From Synechococcales cyanobacterium VAR_4_metabat_354 (GTDB taxonomy: Bacteria > Cyanobacteriota > Cyanobacteriia > Cyanobacteriales > Chamaesiphonaceae): a stretch of 24,008 nucleotides of DNA. Location of the stretch: NCBI GenBank assembly GCA_031414775.1, contig JANOQI010000014.1:1-24008 (forward strand). Reading direction: 5' to 3'. Numbering within the stretch: position 1 is the first letter of the stretch; the number at the start of each line of letters is the position of its first letter. The notes beneath the pieces were generated by a model. It searched no databases. It saw nothing but the letters and a program-made list of their open reading frames with translations, and had not been told where the DNA came from. Shown piece by piece: positions 17,040 to 24,008 of this stretch. A program made the translations under genes and the position numbers.

Positions 17040-17936
17040 ATGAAGCCGATTCAGCAAAGCCGACGCTGCGCGAACGCCAGCCATCAGATTGTTTGTCCCA
17101 GCCAGCCCCTTTTTTCCAGTCAAAATCAGGGTTGGGAGCAGATCCTAGTTGAAGAGTTCCACCATCCAGCGGGGGAAGGAAAAATGCTCTACCCCAACGA
17201 ACATGTCATTTGTTTGTCACTTGCTCCCCGTCCGGTGCGGTTGCTGCAAATTCAGGGATACAAGTCCTATACAGGACTGTATGGGAAAGGTGATTTTTCG
17301 ATCGCGCCTGCTGCTGCACCATTTTTTGCACGGTGGGACGGTGACGATCGCCTATTGCAGATTCGCATTGACTCTCGATTCATAGTGCAGGTTGCCACAG
17401 AAGCACTAGAAATGAATCCCGATCGAATGGAAGTAATCCCCACATTTCGGACGCGCGATCGTCAACTTGAGGCGATTGCAATGTTAGTATTTACCGAACT
17501 GAAACAAGAAAATCTAGGTAGTAGGCTGTATATTGACTCTCTAGCGAATATTTTGGCAGTACGATTACTCAGACAATATTCATCGTCTAAATCACACCTT
17601 TCGGTTTATGAAGGTGGGTTGCCGCAACGTCAACTGCTGCAAGTGTTGGAATATATCCACGAGCATCTCGATCGAGATATCAAACTGGCAGATTTGGCTG
17701 GATCGATCGGGATGAGTCAATTTCATTTCAGTCATCTGTTTAAGCAGTCGATCGGCACGCCTCCTTACCAATATCTTATCCAGCAACGGATAGAACGGGC
17801 AAAGCAGTTGTTAAAAAAAACAGATCGATCGATTGTTGATATTGCTTTAGAATGTGGTTTCAACAGCCATAGTCATTTAAGCAAACAGTTTCGACAACTC
17901 GCAGGAATGACTCCCAAAGCCTACAGATCGAATTAG
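17040..17936 (+). CDS. AraC family transcriptional regulator
   Basis: C-terminal double HTH: LADLAGSIGMSQFHFSHLFKQS...IVDIALECGFNSHSHLSKQFRQLAGMTPKAYR. Confidence 0.95.
   Translation: MKPIQQSRRCANASHQIVCPSQPLFSSQNQGWEQILVEEFHHPAGEGKMLYPNEHVICLSLAPRPVRLLQIQGYKSYTGLYGKGDFSIAPAAAPFFARWDGDDRLLQIRIDSRFIVQVATEALEMNPDRMEVIPTFRTRDRQLEAIAMLVFTELKQENLGSRLYIDSLANILAVRLLRQYSSSKSHLSVYEGGLPQRQLLQVLEYIHEHLDRDIKLADLAGSIGMSQFHFSHLFKQSIGTPPYQYLIQQRIERAKQLLKKTDRSIVDIALECGFNSHSHLSKQFRQLAGMTPKAYRSN
17047..17076 (-). repeat. 30-nt dispersed repeat, right (inverted) copy, inside the AraC N-terminus
   Basis: cgattcagcaaagccgacgctgcgcgaacg. Confidence 0.9.
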
Positions 17937-17943
17937 ATTTTAA

Positions 17944-18238
17944 TAACAACAATCGAAATTGTTTGGCGATGAAAGAGCTACAACTGAGACGGTTAGGTTA
18001 AATGCCCAGCTTGAGTTCTTTGATACGATGCTCACTATCACTACCGCGTTTAACATAGAACTGGTCATAGAGTTCTTGAGCTTGCATTTCTAAATTGGTC
18101 AACAAGAAGCGACCTTTGGCAACCATTCTGCCTTCATCACCAAGCGACGTGGTTCAGCCCAGGTTTTTGCAGCATAGTAAACATCATCAAATAAACGAGC
18201 CTTCTCTCCAGTCTGACAAAACTGCAAGCGAGAACGCT
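17944..18238 (-). pseudogene. Degenerate IS1380-family transposase fragment
   Basis: Manual translation: ...GEKARLFDDVYYAAKTWAEPRRLVMKAEWLPK, frameshift near 18110, then RFLLTNLEMQAQELYDQFYVKRGSDSEHRIKELKLGI*PNRLSCSSFIAKQFRLLL. Confidence 0.75.
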
Positions 18239-18313
18239 CCATTGGATATAGGTTTGCTCTGTTCGATAGGAGTATTGCTTCAGCCTGATCACATTACGGA
18301 CTCGATCTTCCAT
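18239..18313 (-). pseudogene. intI: N-terminal remnant (25 codons) of an integron integrase
   Basis: MEDRVRNVIRLKQYSYRTEQTYIQW matches the IntI N-terminal signature (IntI1: [24 protein letters not shown]); divergent from the attI/attC sites, as expected for an integron. Confidence 0.8.
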
Positions 18314-18444
18314 AAAAATCTTCACAAATCAACTATTGGATTTGTGAAGATTTTTTAATGCTATCCCAATGAAAAAAAGGGGGTGTTAGGCTTAACTTAG
18401 TCCGCCTAATATGCTGATCAAGGGTTTTAGGCAGAATGGATTCA

Positions 18445-18463
18445 GTCTAATCAGTAGTTGTTC
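18445..18463 (+). other. Putative attI simple site
   Basis: GTCTAAT-cagta(5)-GTTGTTC has the L-5bp-R layout of attI1; 131 bp upstream of the intI start. Confidence 0.55.
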
Positions 18464-18512
18464 TGACAATGTAGTTTAATTTTTTCCTGTGTACTGAAAT
18501 TCGAGCCTGTCA

Positions 18513-18628
18513 CACCAACTAACCGTTGGAACCGACACAAGAGAAATTCTAGAAAGGTTAACCGCACTGCAAACTAAAGTTTAGCAGGGTGCTAGTTTAC
18601 TTAGTGCGGTTCAACTTCATTGTTGGGC
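18513..18628 (+). other. attC site (116 bp)
   Basis: R'' CACCAAC, 5-bp spacer, L'' GTTGGAAC-cgacac ... gtgcg-L' GTTCAAC, 6-bp spacer, R' GTTGGGC; two unpaired extra bases on the left arm. Confidence 0.85.
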
Positions 18629-18715
18629 CGTCGCGGAAAGAGTTTATTATGTTTGCTGAACGAAGAGTTTGTCGCACGAACTAAATGTAAGTGACCCTTC
18701 CAGATGAGGTGAGCC

Positions 18716-19579
18716 ATGTCTTCTACAGTCCCAATATTCGATCCAATCAAATACAAGGCAACTACCCGCGAACAGTGGCAGGCCGCTGCCGAGGCATGGC
18801 ACCGATGGGGGCCAACATTACATCAGTGGTTAGGTGAAGCGACAAACGTCATGCTCGATATGGCCGATGTCCAGGAAGGTCAGCGCGTTCTCGACGTTGC
18901 AGCTGGGGCGGGCGAGCAAACCATCGTTACTGCGCAGCGCGTAGGTCCGACGGGCTTCGTCTTGGCGACTGACATTTCCTCTAACATTCTCGATTTCGCT
19001 CAGCAAGCTGCGCGCCACGCGGGGCTGAAGAATGTCGAGACCAAAGTAGTGGACGGCGAGAATTTGGAGTTACCCGAAAACTCCTTTGATGTGGTCATAT
19101 CCCGTGTCGGCTTGATCTACTTCCCCGATCAACAGAAGGCACTGACCGGGATGAAACGCGTTCTAAAGTCTGGCGGGAGAGTTGCTGCCATCACCTACTC
19201 GACTCCTGAGAACAATAAGTTCTTCTCTGTTCCTGTTTCGATTATCCGGCGGCGCGCGAACCTGCCGCCACCGTTATCCGGACAACCGGGGCCTTTTAGC
19301 CTGGGTAGCCCCGGTGTTCTTGAGGCGGCTTATCAAAAGGCCGGCTTTCGCGACATTCAGATTCGGCTTGTTCCCTCGCCACTGCGGATGCCTTCGGCGG
19401 CCGAATGTGTGCGATTTGAACGGGAATCGTTTGGGGCACTCCATCAGATGTTGGCTGGTGTGCCGGAAGCCGAGCGACCGTCCGTCTGGGATGAGATCGA
19501 GAAAGAATTGAAGAAGTTCGAGAGTGCTGAAGGGTTTGTCGGTCCATGCGAAATGGTAGTCGCTATCGGAATCAAGTAG
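18716..19579 (+). CDS. Class I SAM-dependent methyltransferase (UbiE-like), gene cassette
   Basis: Motif I VLDVAAGAGE, ATDIS, FDVVISRVG, RVLKSGG; GAGG RBS; visibly GC-richer than its flanks; no CGATCG seen. Confidence 0.9.
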   Translation: MSSTVPIFDPIKYKATTREQWQAAAEAWHRWGPTLHQWLGEATNVMLDMADVQEGQRVLDVAAGAGEQTIVTAQRVGPTGFVLATDISSNILDFAQQAARHAGLKNVETKVVDGENLELPENSFDVVISRVGLIYFPDQQKALTGMKRVLKSGGRVAAITYSTPENNKFFSVPVSIIRRRANLPPPLSGQPGPFSLGSPGVLEAAYQKAGFRDIQIRLVPSPLRMPSAAECVRFERESFGALHQMLAGVPEAERPSVWDEIEKELKKFESAEGFVGPCEMVVAIGIK

Positions 19580-19600
19580 CGGTGCAGCGCTTTGTTGGGC
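19580..19600 (+). other. Right half of an attC-like site (cggtgcagcgcttt-GTTGGGC)
   Basis: Starts right at the methyltransferase stop and ends in a GTTRRRY core; no matching left arm found. Confidence 0.5.
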
Positions 19601-19610
19601 ATCTTCACGG

Positions 19611-20093
19611 TACAGATCCAGGGCTGAAATAACCCTGTCTAAAATTGCAGCGGCTTATTTGCCTGAGCAGGAACCGATCATAGATGATGAACTATGGGCA
19701 CATCTGTACCCACGAACTTTTGTGCTCAGGGATGAGCATCTGTACTTGGAGCCGGAGCATGATTATCCCGAGGGTCGGCAGTCTGTGATAAAGCTTGGTG
19801 CTGAAGCCGATGAACTAATCTCTGATGAGTTGCGGAAGGCTGAAGTAGCGCGACAGATTTTAGGGAATGCCCACAGTGAGGACGTGGAATTATGGGCGGC
19901 AAAGATTCGATCGGCTATGGCTAACTGCGGTGAGATGAGGTTGCTGGAGTTGCAACGGCGATCGCGGTTATCGTTGGTCGATGTGTGGCTAGGGTTACTC
20001 CTGGGCGACACTGGCTGCTTGGTGCGGCGGCGGTCTTGGGGTGTCGTTGATTGCGAGGGTTTCTATGGGCGCGATGGGGTGTGGGTTAGGTGA
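19611..20093 (+). pseudogene. 5'-truncated second allele of the 9893-10525 gene
   Basis: Collinear with 10043-10525 over 483 nt; 18 differences in 160 aa by manual count; lacks the first ~50 codons. Confidence 0.88.
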
Positions 20094-20120
20094 GGGGGTG
20101 GCTTCATAAGCGATGAACCA

Positions 20121-21311
20121 CTATTTGAACCGACTCAAGTAATCCTCAGCCTCTTGATAATGCTTAAATCTTCGTTCGCTGCGCTTGAACTCCGGCGTAT
20201 GAACCAAACATTTCCCATTAACCCACTGAGCACCATGATGTTTGTGGAGCAGTTCATGGTAGAAAACAAACTTCGCCACATACTGCGGGACACTACTGTC
20301 ATCTAAACGCTTACTGATCGCTACTCGATCCCTGGCTCTTTCATAATGCCCGAACTTGCAATCAGAAGGAAAGCTGCTCCAAATCATACGGGGCTTGACC
20401 ATCTTGCCCTCGAAATACTCTTGATTCACCGCTGTAAAGAATTCATCCAAGTCGTAGCAGTCACCTTGGCCTGTCTCTGCTGTAATTTGAGCAATTAAAT
20501 CGAGTTCTAGCAAAACATCGCTATATTCTTCGGTTTGTCCAAATCTCCGAACCAGTCGCGTTGATTCTTCGTTTTTCCCGCAGAGAGCGATTTGCATCAC
20601 TGCCTGAAGGATCTCATCGTTGGACTGAATGAATCCTTCACTCATTTTGATCGTGGTGAAGTTATTGATGTTTCTGGATCTGTACAAGCTCGAACTATGC
20701 GATAGCTCAATAAATATTTCGCCCACTCTTTTTTTCTTGGTACTAATGATTTTTGCTCCAACCCAGATCGATCGCCGTAAAGTATCCAAATGAAGATACA
20801 GATTATGCTCATCGGTTAGAAACTTCATCCAGGCGTAGGCTGCACGGCTTGGGTCTACTAATGCTGCTGGTGTCACTTGATTTTTGGTACAAATAGTCTC
20901 AATTTGTTCGGTGTAGCGAGTTAATATCGATCGGAGTGACTGTGGAATCCCTGCGCCACTGCTGGCAATTTGGAAAAGTTGTTGGTTGATATCAGACTGC
21001 TGTTTGAGAACGTTTTTGAGCTTTAGGGTTGGGGCGGAGACGGCAGAGTTGCCCGTTGGAGTAACCGCGCCATTTAAATTAACGCTCTTGAGAAAGTTGT
21101 AGGCTTTGTGCGAAAGAGTTGGTAATTGTGTGGGCTGGGTTTGATTTTGAATGCATAGGCTTTCGATCCGTTGGACTGATTTGGTGACGATCGCTTGGAG
21201 TCGATCGATTTCCTCTGGTTCAATTCCAGTCTGTAGTTTTCGTTGGATTTGGTTTGCTAGTCCTACAATTCCGCCAATTCGCATTTTTCTTGATCCCTCT
21301 GGCTGATTCAT
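20121..21311 (-). CDS. Zn-dependent metallopeptidase (SprT-like/YgjP-like C-terminal domain) with a long N-terminal region
   Basis: VNQEYFEG...W...FGHY...ISKRLD...FVFYHELLH...HTPEF. Confidence 0.82.
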   Translation of the reverse strand: MNQPEGSRKMRIGGIVGLANQIQRKLQTGIEPEEIDRLQAIVTKSVQRIESLCIQNQTQPTQLPTLSHKAYNFLKSVNLNGAVTPTGNSAVSAPTLKLKNVLKQQSDINQQLFQIASSGAGIPQSLRSILTRYTEQIETICTKNQVTPAALVDPSRAAYAWMKFLTDEHNLYLHLDTLRRSIWVGAKIISTKKKRVGEIFIELSHSSSLYRSRNINNFTTIKMSEGFIQSNDEILQAVMQIALCGKNEESTRLVRRFGQTEEYSDVLLELDLIAQITAETGQGDCYDLDEFFTAVNQEYFEGKMVKPRMIWSSFPSDCKFGHYERARDRVAISKRLDDSSVPQYVAKFVFYHELLHKHHGAQWVNGKCLVHTPEFKRSERRFKHYQEAEDYLSRFK

Positions 21312-21327
21312 TCGACTAGCTGTGAAT

Positions 21328-21651
21328 TTAATAAAATATTGCTAACCAGATTGTTTCTTCTTCTGAAGTCGTCCAATCAATTCGATGTTTCTGATGGGGA
21401 GCTATGTTGATGTAATCGCCAGGTGCTAGACATATGGTTTTATCTTCGAATTGTAATCTGGCTTCACCTTGTAGAACTAGTATCCATTCTGATTGCTCTT
21501 GGTCGTACCAAAAATCTGGGGCTGATTTCTGACCTTTGGAAATGATTCGCTCTATTTTTATGGACGGCGTAGATATGATTGTTTCAAATATTTCGTTAGG
21601 AATTGAACTGGGGATGTTGCTGAATAGATTTTGTTTATCAGATGTGTTCAT
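21328..21651 (-). CDS. Cupin domain protein
   Basis: IERIISKGQKS...WYDQEQSEWILVLQGEARL...GDYINIAPHQKHRIDWT; ATG at 21651. Confidence 0.88.
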   Translation of the reverse strand: MNTSDKQNLFSNIPSSIPNEIFETIISTPSIKIERIISKGQKSAPDFWYDQEQSEWILVLQGEARLQFEDKTICLAPGDYINIAPHQKHRIDWTTSEEETIWLAIFY

Positions 21652-21847
21652 GCGCTTCAAGCTACCGAGATGCCCGTGAGGCTATGAGTTATTTTAGCTC
21701 CCCAACCCAACCAAAATCTGTTACTTTGTGTAGCATCAAGATTTTATGATTCTCTATTCCTGAAGTGGCCAATCCCGAACTAGCCCCATCAAACAATTCC
21801 TCAGCTTTACCCATAGCTCGATCGCATTGACGATCGAATATCGCCAC

Positions 21848-22073
21848 ATGACTCATTTTGGCCTAATCTGTCCTGCCGCTACTGGCCATCTCAATCCAAT
21901 GACTACATTGGGATACGAACTTCAACGGCGCGGTCATCGCGTTACCTTATTCGGAGTTCTCGATGCTCAACCCAAAACATTAGCCGCCGGACTGGAATTC
22001 TGGGCAATTGGTGAGGAAGAATTTCCAGTCGGAGCATCAGCAGCCCATTCTACCCAACTTGGTGAACTGAGCG
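21848..22073 (+). pseudogene. N-terminal fragment of a GT1 (UDP-glycosyltransferase, CrtX/MGT-like) gene interrupted by an IS
   Basis: MTHFGLICPAATGHLNPMTTLGYELQRRGHRVT...; similarity ends at the IS terminal repeat at 22074. Confidence 0.85.
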
Positions 22074-23953
22074 CTGTCCGTTCGCTTATTTTAACAAAGG
22101 GAAAAGAATTAAAGTCATGATGAATAAAGAACAGAGTAATTATGTCGGCTCATCAGGAATAAAAGCTATAGCAAGATAGGATTGACGAGCAGTTTTTGAG
22201 ATTGCATGAGGCCACAGATGGAAATTAGTTCAGAGCGGATTGACGATATTCCATTGATTGCGGAATTGCTCAAGCAAATGGAGCTTGCCAAGTGGATTGA
22301 CCAACAGCTCAAACAACCGCATGGCAATCATCAGGGATTAAGTTATGGACAATTGAGCGTATTGCTGTTGATATACATCATTAGCCAGTCAGATCATCGC
22401 TTGTGTGCGGCAGAAGCCTGGGTCAACACACATCGAATAACATTGGAACTGTCCACAGGGTGGTCTATTGGGAGAAAAGATGTCACCGACGACCGTTTAG
22501 CCCGTGTGGCAGAACAGTTTGGATTACAGGGAAAGGCTTGCCAAGGAATTGAACAAAAGCTAGGACAACATACGATTCGAGCTTATGAATTACCCACGGA
22601 GGTGGCACGATTAGACACTACTAGTTTTGCAGTGCATCATGAACAAATTGAATCCGAGACAGATAGTCTATTACGCTATGGACACTCCAAAGATAAACGT
22701 CCTGATCTACTGCAATACCGTCAGATGCTGGGAACGTTAGACACCGCTGGCATACCTTTAGTGAGTGAGACGCTACCTGGGAACGGTGCTGATGATCTTT
22801 TGTATTGGCCAGCTTGGCAGAGAATGGCGCAGGTGATTGGACATAAACTTTTTGTATTTTTAGCCGATTGTAAAGCAGCTGCAATTGCTACTCGTGCTCA
22901 GATTGCCAAGGCCGGTGGTATTTACTGTTTTCCGCTGCCTCTAACTGGCCAGAATCCTGCATTACTAAAGCAATTGGTTCTTGACCCACCATCGGCCAGC
23001 GTAGATATTAGATTACCCAGACAAGAAGACGATGAACCTGCCATTGGGAAAGGCTTTGAGGTAGAACTAGGGAAGTTTTGGTTGAATCCAGACACCAAAA
23101 AACTGGTGACGTGGCATGAACGTTATCTAGTTACTTACTCCAACATTTTGGCAGCTGCTCAAATTCGAGGATTACATGAACGAGTCGATAAGGCTCAAGT
23201 AGCACTAGACAAGTTGAAGAAGAATCCTGGAGAAGATCTGGAGATATTAAATGATAAAGTAGCAACCATTCTAAAATGTTACCGGGTCAAAGAATTCTTG
23301 ATGGTGATAACTATAGCTGAAACCCATATTCAAACCGTTTATATTAAAAAGGGTCGCCCTACTGCCAACTCTCCGACTCAGGCAGTGACAAAGATAGAAT
23401 TGAAACTAAATATTGATCGTCAAAATTTAGCCATTGACGAAGCAGAGCAATTAGCTGGCTGGAGATTGTATGTTACTAATGCATCCATCATTCGTCTCAG
23501 CCTCACTCAAGCCATAGTCTACTATCGAGACCAATGGATTGTTGAAAAGGGCTTTCATCGATTTAAACGTGGTCAGTTACCAGCTTTACCCATCTACTTC
23601 CAAAATCAAGATCGAATCGTGGGATTGATGTTCTTACTCACCTTGGCATTGAGAGTATTCACTTTGATAGAATTTGTCATTCGATTGGCTTTAGAAACCT
23701 CAGGGTAAAAGTTGGCCGGTCTTTATGATGGCAATCCCAAGAGAAGTACAGAGCGTCCTTCCGCTGAGCAGTTATTGAAGGCTTTTGATAACCTCACACT
23801 CTAGCCAGATACTTCTATGTTTGTTACGACACTTTCTGCCCTCCATCGACAGATACTTTCTATTCTGAAGCTGCCAGAGTCCATCTACCACTTACATCTC
23901 AAGCCCCGCAAGGCTTAATTCCCTCGTGATTCTCAAAATGAGCGAACGGACAG
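22074..23953 (+). mobile_element. IS1634-like insertion sequence (1880 bp)
   Basis: Terminal inverted repeats ctgtccgttcgct(t/c)atttt (18/19 match) at 22074-22092 and 23935-23953; no target-site duplication. Confidence 0.85.
22206..23918 (+). pseudogene. IS1634-like DDE transposase with two premature in-frame stops
   Basis: Motifs RLDTTS, YGHSKDKRPDL, FLADCK, YRDQWIVEKGFHRFK. The frame continues past TAA 23706-23708 (KLAGLYDGNPKR...) and TAG 23802-23804 to TAA 23916-23918. Confidence 0.85.
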
Positions 23954-24008
23954 TCGATGCTCATTGAAGTTGACGAAAGATCGTTGAATTGCGGCGGTAA
24001 CCAACCGA

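Noticed and set aside
17940..18000. attC-like look (taacaac...cggttagg) after the AraC stop
   Set aside because: The arms do not pair, and the stretch is explained as IS1380-like transposase coding sequence on the minus strand.
18137..18325. 62-aa ORF as a real gene
   Set aside because: It is a chimera of the intI N-terminal remnant and out-of-frame transposase sequence.
18670..18695. Third ECF42 promoter before the methyltransferase (tgtcgc...tgac)
   Set aside because: Mismatches in both elements and a 16-bp rather than 17-bp spacer.
1..24008. CRISPR array, tRNA or rRNA genes
   Set aside because: No regularly spaced repeat-spacer series or recognisable structural RNA was seen by eye; a covariance search was not possible.

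Overview
Mosaic accessory region from a cyanobacterium (GCGATCGC/CGATCG HIP1-type sites are common from about 4.4 kb onward), either a plasmid or a genomic island. Left to right: (1) the end of an IS; (2) an AT-rich three-gene module with no HIP1 sites seen: an 874-aa XRE-HTH/TPR-like protein, a co-oriented 102-aa protein resembling an isolated polymorphic-toxin tip, and a divergent immunity-like protein; (3) a ~6.5-kb unit with a tyrosine recombinase, two PD-(D/E)xK-type proteins and a beta-CASP nuclease/Cys-rich/hypothetical operon, bounded by a short direct repeat; (4) a truncated aac(3)-I-like gene behind a degenerate attC, an ECF42-type sigma factor with YciI/VOC/DUF1579 genes and two matching promoters, and a DUF1772/NmrA/AraC unit carrying tiny dispersed repeats; (5) a relic integron (IS1380-disrupted intI N-terminus, attI, a canonical attC, a methyltransferase cassette, a half attC); (6) a 5'-truncated second allele of the last beta-CASP operon gene, a HExxH peptidase, a cupin, and a glycosyltransferase broken by an inactivated IS1634-like element. 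All family assignments come from recognising motifs by eye; no searches were run.
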